A DNA stretch of 62,978 nt, filler included, from Streblomastix strix (lineage: Eukaryota), in the NCBI GenBank assembly GCA_008636045.1. It is 3 parts of 3 records of this genome, joined end to end, with 100 filler letters (N's around TTAATTAATTAA, not from the genome) between each part and the next. Parts side by side here need not be neighbours in the genome. Positions count along the whole stretch, not along the records: positions 1 to 20,931 come from SNRW01000406.1; positions 21,032 to 41,959 come from SNRW01000407.1; 1 more part is not named here. One strand, given 5' to 3'. A program made the position numbers and the translations under genes. Each line of letters opens with the position of its first letter. The first letter of the stretch is position 1. Of this stretch, positions 11,899 through 26,160 are shown in pieces. The notes under the pieces are model-generated. The model was not told the DNA's origin, searched no databases, and saw only the letters and a list, made by a program, of their open reading frames with translations.

Positions 11899-12739
11899 TA
11901 TATCTCCAGTTGATTAACATTCACATTGATCTGTTGGAATTCCTTTTAGTTTTGATGAATCAACTGGACATCGACAACCATTGGGGTAATCAGTATCTGT
12001 ACAGAAGCATGAATTAAGAATATCAAATGGTTCAGAATCAGTAGAGGTGCATAAAGGAGTGCATCCTTCTGGTATATCATTACTAGTACATGTTTTTGTC
12101 GCTCTGCACAAATTTATCATAAATGTGGCATCTTCGTGTTTATCGCATACACAGCTTTATTCATTATCTGGTTAATAGTTTTCAGTGCAGAAACATCCTC
12201 TCATTGATGGATCAAGTATTCCCTCTATGCAATCTTCAGTAACAGGACAAGTTGTTCCTGCTCTTATATCTCCAGTTGATTAACATTCACATTGATCTGT
12301 TGGAATTCCTTTTAGTTTTGATGAATCAACTGGACATCGACAACCATTGGGGTAATCAGTATCTGTACAGAAGCATGAATTAAGAATATCAAATGGTTCA
12401 GAATCAGTAGAGGTGCATAAAGGAGTGCATCTTTAAGGAGTATTTAATACTTAATAATACTTTTGATGAATAACATTCACGTAAAGGATTTCCAGATGGA
12501 TCTGGATTTGTATCGCAAATACATGTATCTGGCTCTCCAACAACTCCGGAGCATAGGCAATCTTCTTTATCTAGGCTTAAGTCCCCTGTACAAATTTCAA
12601 GATTATTATGAAATTTATTTCTTAAGGTTTTTGAAGAAAGTGAAGTGAAATCTGTAGAAGCTGTTTATCTGTTGTTATCACTCAAGACAATCGTCGCAAT
12701 ATTTAAAATTAATGTCAAAATTAGAATTTTTAGTAGCAT
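11899..12739 (-). CDS. Secreted/surface cysteine-rich repeat protein (3' end unresolved)
   Basis: Signal peptide MLLKILILTLILNIATIVLS; CxC-rich units (CFCTDTDYPNGCRCP...CEC); exact 167-bp duplication 11899-12065 / 12265-12431. Confidence 0.65.
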
Positions 12740-13522
12740 TATCTGAGAAAATACAAAAATAAACAATAAATAAACGAAAATAAAATAAAAAAAATATTGG
12801 ATGGTAAATTGAAAGTCGGTTTAAATTTTAAAATAATCAGAAAATTAATGCAATTAAGTAAATTAATACTGTAATTAAAGTAATACGAAGGTATAATGTT
12901 GGGAATTTATGGCTTTCTTCTTTGATAGTATATTCAACATTGATAGAAGTTTAAATATTAAAAGGAAGTAATAATTTGTAAAATATAAAAAGTATAGATT
13001 TTTCTACCTTGTATTGGCAAAGTTATAAACAAAATTCTTTTTTTATTCTTCTCCATGTTTTATTTACAAATTCATTACACATAACAGCAGAAGAATGAAG
13101 AAGCAAATCAGAAACGAGGAAAACTGTAACTTTATTATTATTAATTTTAGAAAAAATTAGTGTTTGTTTGAATAAATTTTTCTTAAAGTTTCAGAATATA
13201 GGACTGATCAAAAATAAAAAAAAAAAAACAGAGTATGAATAATAAACTATTGATAAGTATTGAAAATTAATATTTTACTGCTGTTGAATTTAAAATGTTA
13301 ATTAACATATTAGTTACAACTATTTATTCCTTTAAATTCAAAGTTTTCAAATCTCACCATCATGCATTTCAGAAATATCAATATTTTTTCTTTTATTCTT
13401 TTCTAAACAAAAAATTCTATCATTGAATAACACCAAATCAATATAACTGCCTATTTTAATAAAATTAAATTGAATTTTACTAATAAAAATAATTAATTTT
13501 TATATTATCTGTAGAATTCAAT

Positions 13523-13720
13523 TATGTGTGATCAAGCTATAGATGCATAGAAGTCTGCAGCTTCAGCTGTAAAAGGTGCCATGAAGGACGTATTTGGACC
13601 CGATTATTCTGGCTAAACAAACAGGGCGTTTGCTTTTTATTTATTTATTTCAATTTTTCCCCTCTTATCTTCTTGCAGGCTGATGCTCGGACTTGGGTTC
13701 CTGTTACTGATGTTCTTCTG
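13523..13720 (+). CDS. Small hypothetical protein, one probable intron
   Basis: GC-richer island MCDQAIDAQKSAASAVKGAMKDVFGPDYSGQTNR, pyrimidine-rich intron ending TTGCAG; second-exon frame uncertain. Confidence 0.35.
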
Positions 13721-14139
13721 AGCGTGCTTGGAAGAAATGGACATTTTATGAAGATGGCAATACGAAGTGAAAAGCTTTATTATACACCACACTTTAAAAC
13801 TGAACATAATTCTATTTATTCCCTATAATCCAATGATATAAAACTTAATTAATAAAATATTTGCTCGTTAATGCGTTAATATTTTCTATTATTTACCTTA
13901 ATAAAGTAAAGATGACCTGAATTTTAGACTTTTTTTGAATTTTTATTTTCTTTTCAAAAATTAAGTCTATTTAATATATACAAACTTTCAAATGCTGAGA
14001 ATGTGCATGCATTTATGATCAATTTTTATTCAAATCTAAAACTACAATAGATTAGAAACATAAATATTTTTGTATCTTGTTTTAAACAAGAAGTACCTAT
14101 TGCAATCTAATTTTATTTGTTTATTCAGAAATTTATATC

Positions 14140-15824
14140 ATGTCTGAAAACGAAAAGAGTGAAGACGTAGATAGCTTTACGTAGCAGACTCTCCCTGGTA
14201 TTCATCCTCGTTTGTAACCTCTACAGCTTGCATTATTGCTTGGAATTACTTGCATCTTGTTTATTTTATTGGGTATTCCTCTTCTTGTGGTGTCTGCAAA
14301 TGTATGACGATTAGTTAAATTTGCAGTTTCATTTTTATTTGATATTTTCAGCTTTTTGAAATTGTCCTACGCTACGACAATGCAGCTGAGGGAGATAAGA
14401 TAGAGCTTAATTTTTAGATTGATCATGATATCAGCGGGCCAGTTTATGTTTACTATTAGTTGGATGACTTCTACCAGAACCACAGACGCTTTGTAATTTC
14501 TCGTGACTACGGACAACTTCGTGGATCCAACATTACCTAAAGCTAAATTGAAAGTTCGTTTATCTCTAACTCATAAAAACATTCATTACTATTCCTTGCA
14601 TATATATATAATTATATATTTATTATTATTATACACTATACACCAGCCTGTGACCCTCGAATTAAAGAAGGCCACAAAGTAGATATTACAATCCCTTGTG
14701 GAATCGCTGCAAACACATTTTTCAACGATACATTTGAAGTATAAGTTGAAGATTAAGATGGGAAATTTTCAGCTGTTGTAATGAAGGAATCTGGATTTGT
14801 ATGGGGTTCAGACAAGGTTTGATTTTTAAATAATTGTTATAATTATTATTTTAATAATTATTAATTTAAAATTCAATAATTAATTAATATCATAATATTT
14901 AATTAATATCACTATATTATATAATACAACACAGAGCGGATACAAAGACCAACCAGGGTAGCAAATCAACGTAACAGACGATCGATTTATCGCCTGGATG
15001 AAACCGGCTGCTTTTTCTTCCTTCAGAAAACCGTATGGAATCTTAGTTGATGGATTGAAAGAAGGAAATCATAGAGTAGTGATTGGAAATAGTGTGTTAT
15101 TTAATTGATAGGACATTAATTTATGTAAGTGGAATAATTAATATAATTGATTAATATGATTTAATTTATATGACTTTGTAGAAATGAGTGATTAATATTT
15201 TTTTTATTTATAATTTTATAATTATAATAATTTTTTTTTCTTTGATATTTACTATTTCATTAGATGATAAATATACTCTTGGACCACGAAGCTTTGTATT
15301 GGCCAAGAATGCCTTCTTTGGAGGAAAGAACAATGGAATTGGTATTGAAATATTTCATATATTTTGCATGAATTTATTATTCTTCTTTATTTATGTATTT
15401 ATAATTATGTATTTATATTTATACATTATTATATTAATATTTTAAATAATAATTTATATATCTCAGGTATTTCATACATTGTAGTTGGAGCCGTTGCTGG
15501 AATTTGCGCTTTGTTTATAATTGGGCAACAGATGCTCTGCCCAAGGACATATTCAGATGCAGAGATCGCTGAAATTAAGGTGATTGATATTTATATAAAT
15601 GTATAAATACTATTGATACATGTTTAATTATATTAATAAATACTTTACATTTAATATTTATTTTTGTATGAAATCATCTATTAATTATTACTATGAAATG
15701 TTAATTGTTTATTTTTATAATATTAATATAGAAAGGGATTGTTTTTGCGAAAGATGAAGATGATGATGAAGAAGATGATGTTGAACCAACAGATGGAGAT
15801 AATAAGTCTAAAGCCTAAGTTTGA
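14140..15824 (+). CDS. CDC50: CDC50/LEM3 family flippase beta subunit (multi-exon)
   Basis: FTQQTLP, VYVYYQLDDFYQNHRRFVISRD, IPCGIAANTFFNDTF, FIAWMKPAAFSSFRKPYG, FFGGKN motifs; two TM helices; GT-AG introns. Confidence 0.92.
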
Positions 15825-16307
15825 ATACTCTTCCAATATGAATGAATAAAAACCTTTATTTATATAAAAACTGGATATTTTTTAACTTTTTCGTGATAAT
15901 CTTCTCATTCTAAATTATTTCATTTCATGTTTAAATTTAATATTTTCTTTTGTTTATTTTTTTTACTCATTTTTTGAGATTATCTTCAATTTTAATCAGT
16001 TCTTTCTTAATCTTGATATTTTTTGTGTTAAATATTTAATTATTGTTCTTTATTTAACGAGTGAGAATAAAATACTCATCCAAACAACAACAAATTTAAT
16101 AATTAATTACTTTTTCTGATAATTTTATTGTATTTCAACTATTTTTGTTCAATTAAAATAGAAGTGTGAGTGATTAAAGGTGAATTGAAAGTATAAAGAC
16201 TGAAGTATAACACTCCGAACAGTTGAATAAACATATGAATTAATAAAATGAATGAAAATATGCCTATTTTTTCAAATTAAAGCGAAATGAGCATTTTTTT
16301 TCATAAT

Positions 16308-19300
16308 TCATTTCCTCCATGTGTCCCATCGTGTATGAAGTTCTGTATCACTTCCAGATGTGCTATTATATTTACTACTACTGTTATTATTATTACTATC
16401 TTTCTCTTTATATTTATACTTATCTTTATACTCATATTTATCTTATTCAGTTTTTTTACTGCTTTTTTAACTTTAATTCTTTCCTTTATTCTTTTATTAT
16501 TATTTTTATTCTTATTCATATTCTTTTTCATAACTACTACTATTATTATTATTACTATTAGTATAACTATCTCTCTTCTTCATTGGAAGATACTCACTAC
16601 TCATATCTACATCCTATTCTTATTCTTATTCTTAATCTTAATCATATTATTCTTATTTCTCTTATTTCTATTATTTCTATCCATTTTCTATCATTTCTTT
16701 TTCTTTTTCCTATTAAACACTTTTTCTCACCCATTCTTTTCTTTAAATATTGCTCAGACCAGTTGAATTCATGTTTCCAACCGAACTTCCTTTCAAATTT
16801 CTATTCAAAGAACTTCTTCCAAGACTTGATTCCCCAACTGAAACACCAGCTGCAGTCGTTATTTCAGTCAGATTATCCATATTTTGCTGTTCATTATTAT
16901 TTTCACCATCCTCATCATTATAATTATAATTAGGATTCTCACTCTAAGCTTATTAATCAAGCTTATCAAGTACAGCTTTTATAATAGCAAGACCTTCTTT
17001 AGTATGTTTATTGGGTCTCGCAATTGCTTCATTCAGAGCTATATACTAAGGTGAAAACTCCAACTGATCTATGGGTATTTTTAATCCATCAATTCCACGT
17101 GTAATCTCTCTAGCAATAGCTTTTGATCCAAAAGCTACAATAACTTTTTCAGCAGCCTAACGAACTTATTCATCACGATCACCTAAAGCTAATAAAACTG
17201 TTCTAATTGAATCAGTCCCAGCGAAGAATAAACCAATGGCACATGCTGATCGTATAGCTGATGAAGTGTCCCTTAACAAGCCTTCTTTCAGTAGTAGAAT
17301 ACCTTCAGGACCTGATTTAGCCAAAGTTGCTGATGCAGCTTCACGAACACCTCTGTCTTTATCCCTTAGGAATGGGTATATTAATGGGAGGAAAGATTTT
17401 GGCCTTAGATATACTATAGCTCCTTATGATTGAGTATTGAGTAGAGAACTCTATATTCCATTACCTGCTGTGCTGTTATTAGTTCCAGATGCACCACCGA
17501 ACCTTCTAAATAGTGAACCCATAGCTCGAATACCAGCTCTACGAACTATTGGTATCGGATCTCTACAAGCAAGATGAAGTGTTTCAACGACTGCATCAGA
17601 TGCAGCTGCAACTGTCGCTCCAAGATCAACGCATCTAAGTCCAAAAACTATAGCAGCTCTTACTTGAGTTGGAAGTATAGCGAAAGCTGCAGTAGCTTAT
17701 AATAATGCATCCAGTCCTTGCGGTGACATACAAGCCATAGTTGCTGCTACATGTTTTCTGTTAACCGTTCCATCTCTTAGACATTAAGCTAGAGGATAGA
17801 TAGCTGATTTAAGAGGAGCAGCAACAACAGCTACTGTTGATATATATGCAGGCGATGTAGTGAAGAAGGATGCTGTTTTAAGATTAGCTGATCTTGGTGG
17901 TAATAGTGGTCTTGGGAATTACGGTGAATATATTGAAAGCGGAGTTTCTATTACTCCGCTTTATGAAGTTGGACCTTGCTGGTTCTGAGAATATACATAG
18001 CTGTTGTCTTTTATGAACAAACCGAACCTGGGAAATGCAGCTGGGTCATAATCGCAAGTTTTAGCCAACCTCCCAAGAGATTCAACAACACAATACCTCA
18101 CTTTCCAGAAAGGATCCCTAAGAGATTTAATCAGAGAATTAACTATCAGCTATAAAGGTGGTAATTACCCTTTAGCAGCTGCATTAGTCAAAGCTAAAAT
18201 AGTCTATATCTAATGTGGTGAAGGTGCATATGATCCGATAACATTACCTACAGCTGATGTAGAACCAGATATTAGACCACCTGATCTATTACGTGATAGT
18301 GATCTTGTTGGTGTCATAGAACCATACCCTTCAAATCTTGGGACGCTTGACAGGAAACCGGTTGGTTTGTGCGGAAGCCGGTTGACTTGTTTCTTGCCTG
18401 GAGTGAGTGAAAAGCCGATATTTGATGTATTACCACCTGATAATTATTGTTATTATTGTTATGATTATTATTATTAGTTATTTATTGGTTAATTCGTAGT
18501 ATCAATCCCTTCCATCATAGCCACTACAGATCTCATCATAGCCACCGTCTTATTTCTCTCCTCATGATCCAAAGTATCCAGAACATAATCAATGCTCCCA
18601 AATGATCCCAGAGCTCTCGCTGATATCTCACGAACTTTGGGTTCTGAATCCTCAAGAGATTCCAGAAGTGGAGCAACAGCTACTGATGCTGATCTACATC
18701 CTAGATCACATATCGCTGATCCTGCTGCTACACGTACGTTTAATGGCGCAGTGAGGAAAGCACGGATTAGTGAGCTTACTACTCTGGTTGTAGCAGGTGG
18801 CGGTATTTCGTTGATCACATCCTCGATTTTCATCTCCTGTTTGTATGCTTCGTTTCTATCTAATGTATTACTGTTATATCCATGAAGGAAAGGTCCCATC
18901 CTTCTTTTATTAGGGGTGAATTCTTCATTGGTTTCATTGTATTCATTATTAAGATCAAAATCATTGTCTAAATCATTATTATTGTCGTTTTCATCCATAT
19001 TTCCCATTACACCACCATATATCATATTATCCTCTTCCTGTTCTTCATTCTCAGCTACTGTATCCATTATATGTTATTTTTATTATTGTTCTTTATCTTT
19101 GAACTGTGATGATGAATATTATGATTGTTGGTATGTACTTATAGATGCTGAACCCTATAGATACAGTTACTATTAATTAGACAATATATCATCAGATCCA
19201 ATTTGAGGTGAATTTGATCTTCTAACTTTAGAGAAAGTGGAATCCTGGCTCTCTCTCTTCCTAAATTGCCTCTCCTATGGTGTCTAAGACCTTAAATCAG

Positions 19301-20931
19301 ATATCTTTGAATCAGTTTCACTATTTCCATCATTTTTCAACTTCCAACTTCTGGGACCACGATCTTAATCTTCCCTATTAATTAGTCTGTTAATCTCTCT
19401 ATCAAATAAAAACCTCTCTTTCTATTCAATTTCAAGAAGTTCTCCAGCTTCAGCACCAACTGTGGCTTGTGGATCGTCTAAATCTTCGTCCCAATCTTCT
19501 GGCTATGGGTGTGGATCAAACAGATTCTCTGAAAGTGCTTATCGAAGTAATGCGATGAATTCCCTTGGATCGATTAGCACGGATTCTTCATTACGGATTT
19601 CGTTGTTTGTTTTATCTAGGATTGTATAGAGACTTTGTGGTTCAGTTGTGTTATATTAGGTTCTGACCTACCTATGCAATATCTACATACGTGGCGGCTC
19701 ATTATACTGCTGTACTTCGGTTACATTCACATAGAAACGAGTTCGAATTCCATTTTTTCTTTCTTTTTCATATTCAATTTCTCTTTTTCTCTGCATTTAC
19801 CATTCTTTATCTTTCTCTTTTTCTTTTTATTCGTCAAAATCATTAAAATTACTAATTGATTCATTTTTGTACTTCTTTTTGAATCCTTCTTCATCCTTAT
19901 CATCATCAATATCACTATCATTATTTCCTTCTTAATTATTCAATTTATCTTTCTTCTTTAAATCTTTACTCTTCTAACTACTATTTTCTATTTATTTATT
20001 TTTCACTTTCCTTTTCTCTTATATTAAATCCCTCTCCTTCTACAATTCATTGATCCTTCTTTACATTGGAGTTAGTGGAGGTACCCATCCTAAAGCTCTG
20101 GCAGCAGCTGATCTGACTTTAATTGACTCTTTTGAGTTCAAGATTTCTAATAGAACTTCTTCTCCAAGTCCTCCAGGACCGCCGATACGTCTTATTAGAA
20201 GAGCGATTGTCATTCTATCTGCTGCACCTAGGATGAAACACACTCTTAGATCTTCCAGCATAGCTAAGTATGCTCTTTCATCATTTAGACCTTAAATCAC
20301 TTATAGCAACTCGGATTTTCTGGAGAAAGTACCATCACGCAGTTCTCTAATTAACAATGGATATACCACGCACCTCTATATAACAGGTATATTAGCCAAT
20401 CTAGTCAGTATAAAGCTCTCCAAATCTGAGTCCCTCCCTTCAGAAGCAGAAGCTACAATAGTCTCTATTCCATAAGATCCCATTGATACCATAGTATCGC
20501 ATATAAGACCACGAAGTTTGTATGCTCTTTCAGATTGTGAATGGATCATTCTTACTAATAGTGGGAGTGTGGAGATTGAATGCCCTTTTAGAAGAGTTAG
20601 GAGATGTAGTGCCATCGCACAGTTACGAAGTGATTCGGCACCGCTTACTTGGATTTAGCTCTGTTATAATTACTATTATTATTATTAACCATTTCTCACT
20701 ATAAAACTATTACTCTAGTTATTATTATTACTATTAGTATTACTATTATAACTCTATGTAATAGTCGTAGTTGTAATCCTTCTCGTCTCTCTTTCCCAAA
20801 TTCTTTCCCCAGAACTTCCAATTTTACTCGTTTCAAATGAATATTCCTAATTATTCACTTATTTATCATCTTCTTCATCAAAACTCTCTAGAAGTGTATG
20901 AACAGCTCCAAGAACTGCACCACCAGCTTTT
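16308..20931 (-). CDS. Large HEAT-repeat protein (>1500 aa, 5' truncated)
   Basis: Long frame with Gln code; repeats such as LLESLEDSEPKVREISARALG, LRDPFWKVRYCVVESLG, LRDKDRGVREAA; low-complexity N/Q tracts; TGA at 16308-16310. Confidence 0.8.
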
Positions 20932-21031
20932 NNNNNNNNNNNNNNNNNNNNNNNNNNNNNNNNNNNNNNNNNNNNTTAATTAATTAANNNNNNNNNNNNN
21001 NNNNNNNNNNNNNNNNNNNNNNNNNNNNNNN
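20932..21031. other. Artificial contig linker
   Basis: 44 N + TTAATTAATTAA + 44 N. Confidence 0.97.
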
Positions 21032-21080
21032 ACTTTTATTTTAATAAATTAATTAATTCAATTATCAATTCATTTTAAAG

Positions 21081-21466
21081 GCTACTCTCTTCTGTGAGCT
21101 CCTCAACCAATATCTCTTTTTTAGTAGTCATGGAGTTGAGGTTATTATTATTATTGTTAAAGTAGTATAATACATAACATCATTTCTTCTTATTATTTGT
21201 TTATTTACAGGCATAAAAATAGATAGAATTATGCGTTTCTCTCATAAAGCCATAGGTTGAAAAAGTTGAAGTATGATTTTTTTATTGAAGTTGATAACAT
21301 CATTTATTAATATTTAAATAAGGACACAATGGGTGCTGCAATAGCTGCATACTTTGCAAACACACTATAACACATCGATGCTGAGAAGTTGAAGGGAGTC
21401 CGGACTACCACAAAGGAAGGAGAGGACGAGGGCGATGAAGAGGAGGAGGAGGGCGAAGGAAACTGA
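21081..21466 (+). CDS. VPS35: 3' exons of a VPS35-like retromer subunit
   Basis: LFCELLNQYLFF and AYFANTLQHI resemble the Vps35 C-terminus; acidic tail; TGA 21464. Confidence 0.55.
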
Positions 21467-22160
21467 AGTAGTATGAGTTTAATAAACAAATCTTGCTCAA
21501 ACAAACCGCACATGGAGTTCAAAAATGTATAAAATGGTGCTATTTCGAACTTTAATTTAGAAAAACATATTAATATATCTACTTTGTATCAAAATCGAAG
21601 GTTTTTATTTTCTACTGGCTTTCCACTTTTCTGTACTGAGATTAAAATTACGATATTTTGATTTATTTATATTAAATACTTAATTTATATCAAATTATAT
21701 AAATATATTACTAATTTTATCTTAATTTTTCACATTTTATGTGAAAAATTTTCTAATCATTATTTCTTCATATCAGAAATTAAATATTGCACTTATATTG
21801 ATATTCATGTATTTATCATAATATTTAAATGCAATTTTTATATTCAAAAATAAAAATTATTTTATAAACTAATGCAAATATTTGAGTTAAGTTTTCTTTT
21901 TCAAAATTGCACAATTCAAAGCTATGTCAATTTTTATTCCAATTATTTCCTTATTTTACCGTTTAATTAAAACATTAAAACTTATATTTACTAATTACAC
22001 TATTCTAACCTAGTTTATATTTAATTTTCAACAAAATTGAAATTATTTTCTAAATAATGATTTTATAACACTCTTACCTTTTTTATTCATTCATTTATTT
22101 AATTTAATTACAATTTGCCAATTATGTTTACATATCTTAATATGATAATAAAGAATTCAA

Positions 22161-22626
22161 ATGGCAACAGAAGATTTAGAATAAGAAAAGAAAAATTCAA
22201 CTGTAGACGATTTAGAAAGACTGGAACATCCCTCAAATAAGTTCAAAATGAATTATGATGGTTTATATCAACCCTTTGCAGGGGCTTCATCATCTTCTTC
22301 TATGAATGCTGCTTAACGAATCTTTTATGAGCCAGCTCGTATGCCTGGGTTTATGAGAGAAAACTAACGATATTGGCCAATAGTGCTTTCAATCACGATT
22401 ATAATTTTAGCTTTTATTTGCGTGATTGTTGGGTATTTAAATAATAATAACTATATTATATTTTATAACTATTTCTTTTCGTAGGATTGCTTTAGTATCT
22501 TCGACTGGTGATCTTCCATGGCTTATTCTTGTTGCTTTTGGCGTTGTTCTCTTTATCCCAGGTGTATCAAGACTATATGTAGAATACAAAGCAAGGACAA
22601 GGACCAGTTCAACAAATAAAGTCTGA
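22161..22626 (+). CDS. Small two-TM protein, TMEM230/TMEM134-like
   Basis: WPIVLSITIIILAFICVIVG / LILVAFGVVLFIPG; one GT-AG intron. Confidence 0.6.
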
Positions 22627-23055
22627 AACATGTTAATATACGCAAATAAATACTCTATCATCTTATTTCTTTTTCATCCCATTCATTAAAATCATATTTT
22701 TCAAGAACTAAAAAGATGAAATTCATTAAGTGAATAATTTAGATCAAAAACAGTCTGTTTGAGACACAATTACTATTTTTCTAACTTAATTAAGTAATGA
22801 TTAATATACTATATATATTTAATAAATCATTATATTTAATAAATTATTTTTCTACGTGCGGATTTGTGATTTAATAAAAATCTGTTTTATGCTCCAATAA
22901 ACCTGCTAAACTACATATAAAATGTAAAATTTCAAATTATTATATCATATATAAATGATTTTACACTAATCAAAGACTTTTTATTAATGAAAAACTCACA
23001 AACAATTTTTCTAAAAAAATGTAATTTTCTTTGTAATTTACAGCTTTCTATTGTG

Positions 23056-24705
23056 ATGACACACACTGGAAATGTAAAAATAGCTCCAAATGTTGGAAAA
23101 GAATCACTGGATAAAAGATGTCTTTATATTAAGAATGTGAGTCCAACTATAACACAAGAAGATTTATCAGCCATTTTTACTCCATTTGGAGCTATTAATG
23201 TTGATTTAAAGCGAAGAGAGGAAGGCGGATTGGGAGTGGCTTTTGTTAATTTTGATGATGAAATTAAAGCCGATGTTGCATAAAGGTCAACAAATAAAAG
23301 AATTTTAAAAGGCTATGAGATACAGGTAGTTTTTAAAATTATGCATGTTAATAGCAGATCTCCCTCTCCATCTCCTGCACCAATATATTTCCATTCAACA
23401 ATTACTCCTCCAGCACATCAATCATTCAGAATAATTATACATGGGTTGGATAGAGATATAAAATAGAATGACATTTTGAAAGAATTATCAATTTATGCTC
23501 CAGAAAACATAAAAATATTTTAGGATAATGATGCACCTGGAAAGAATTATGCTGTAGTTAAATTTAAAACAAGAGAAAATGCTGTAAATGCAATGCTTAA
23601 TAAAGATGGCGTTAAAATTCATAATAGTCAAATGAATATTATAATGAGTGATTAAGATATTACTTATTCTATTTAAAATGATTCATAACCTGCACATCCA
23701 TTATAATAATTTCCTAATTAGCCACGAATATAAAGAAGAGTGAATAATGAATTAATGAGAATATTACCATAGTTTTGTTTTAATGGAACAATTCATCTTA
23801 TTGATAATGTTAATTTAGCAGTAAAATCTGTTGATTTACTTTTGAAAGAAGATTATTTAGGATTTGATACCGAATCTGAAATTATTTACCGTAAAGATGC
23901 ATTAGGAATAGTTAGTTTGATTTAATTGGCCAATAAATCAGAAGTTTGGCTCTTCTTTATTAGATAGATTGGAGGAATTTCACCTTTATTACCTTTATTT
24001 ACTTCTGATAAACCTCTTAAGGTCTGTATTTTACTCATATTTTTGAATTGATGAGAAATTATTCAATTTATTAAATGTTCATTAATATAGGTTTGTGTTG
24101 GAGTTCAAGGAGATATTGATCAATTACTTAATGTTTAGTATTTTAATCCTCGAGGCTTCTATGAATTATGCGACTTAACTAAACAACTTGGTATTGATGA
24201 TAAAGGCCTTTAAAGAATCTGTGCTAATCTTCTTGGTATTTATATATCAAAGAAAGAACAGTGCTCTAATTGGGGATAATACCCTCTAACTGAAAGCTAA
24301 ATTAGATATGCTGCAAATGACGCTTGGGTGAGCAGGTGGGCTTTTGAACAAGGAAATGAATATAAAGTTCGATTAATAACTGCACCTCCTCTTCTTCAGA
24401 CAGAATTGGATGAGAGGTAACCATTATACGAACTATTTGTGGGGAATCTTAGTCTATAAACAACAATCAGTGATTTATATGGAGCATTTGAAGAGAAAGG
24501 GTTTAGGATCTAAAAGATTGATATCCCTTTGCCAATAGAAGGTTAATATCCTGATGGTTAATAGACTGAAGATGCTAAAAATAGAGGATTTGGATTCGTA
24601 AAGATGTTTTCTATGGAAGATGCAAATAAAGCTGTAAAAGATATGAAGGGAGTTGTTGTATGTGGTAAATAAATTAAAGTGCGACATGCAGGTGAAAGAA
24701 GATGA
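23056..24705 (+). CDS. RRM-RRM-3'-5' exonuclease (DEDDy)-RRM protein
   Basis: RNP motifs LYIKNV/GVAFVNF, YAVVKF, LFVGNL/RGFGFVKM; exonuclease LGFDTES, GVQGD, SNWG..L...QIRYAANDA; one intron ~24022-24090; start may lie in an upstream exon. Confidence 0.85.
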
Positions 24706-24935
24706 ATGCACTATAAGGATTGATAATGAATAATCATTGTCCTTGTTTAATTATATATCTCAATAATTATTATTGTGTACAGAACTCTTTCATATTCTAT
24801 ATTTTAATTACTTAAACAATGAATACACAATAAATTTATCAAGCAGAACAATTGATCTATTTTATTATCAATTAATTTTTATTATTTTCCTTATTGAATG
24901 ATTTAACCATAAAAAGTAATATAATAATATAATAA

Positions 24936-26105
24936 TCAATATTTAGATGTCCTCCCTCTTATCTCGTCAGAACTGTTACCGAACTCACCTGTAACAGTTG
25001 AGTAGGCTAATGGTCGTTTAGATAGAGGTGTTGGTCTTATTCAGAGTATATGAATAGTAAGTCAATATAAATGTATCATTAATTAATATAATTATATATT
25101 AATTATTCAAATACTTCTTTTTCCCAGTAATTGGATCAGGCATGTTTTCTGTTGGATCATAATCTGGTCCCCCATAAAAAGATGTATTTGGATTAACCTA
25201 ATAATGAAATAAAATAGGAAATAAAATAAAAAATAATTTGTAAGGAAATAAAAGATAATTTGTAAGTAAAAAATTATATAAAAAAATGAATATAATTTTA
25301 ATAACCTTCGGACATTCAATTCTTAGAACTAATTTTCATTAATCAAATTGGATAAAGAAATGATAATAATAAATATTATTAATAATTCAATATTCAATTA
25401 TTAATAATTAACCTCCTGTTGCTTCGCTTCTTGTTGCATTTGCTCTATCTGAATAAACTTCTGAAGGTAATTTTAATTAGAGAACTTTTCCTTTAATTGT
25501 CAACTTCAACAAACAGAGAAAAATAGAAAGAAAAATGAAAAGAATTTATTAATGAGTTAAAAGTAATAAAAACATAATGAAATAAATTATATTCAAACAG
25601 TTACATGAAAAGGATTAACTTCTGATTGAATTAATGTCGTATCTAAGAATTTACTTAATTTTACTTCTAGAGTAATTGTTCCAGGTGGGTGATCTTCATA
25701 GAAACGAAAAGGCTTATTAAAATATTAAATGCATTGAATAGGAAAGACAGAAAGTTAATAAGAAATAAAATAAAGACAATGTATTATAAAGATGTAATAA
25801 TACCCATTATCCTTCATTCTTTTATATTATTGTACCATCTTCTTTTACAAGTCTCTACAATTAATTATATATATTCATAATTAATGATTAATTATATATA
25901 TTCATAGTTAATGATTAATTATATATATAGATAGTTAATAATTATATATATTAATATTCATAGTTAATGATTAATTATATATATTCATAGTTAATGATTA
26001 ATTATATATATTCATAATTAATGATTAATTATATATATTCATAATTAATGATTAATTATATATATTCATAGTTAATGATTAATTATATATATTCATAGTT
26101 AATAA

Positions 26106-26160
<55 letters not shown>

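Noticed and set aside
16287..16933. Hydrophobic plus-strand ORFs from the ORF track
   Set aside because: Antisense shadows of the low-complexity C-terminus of the HEAT-repeat gene; most short track ORFs are wrong-code artefacts
20932..21031. TTAATTAATTAA palindrome inside N runs (also 41960-42059)
   Set aside because: Identical 100-nt artificial linker; the contig lengths (20931, 20928, 20919) look size-sorted, so adjacency is not biological
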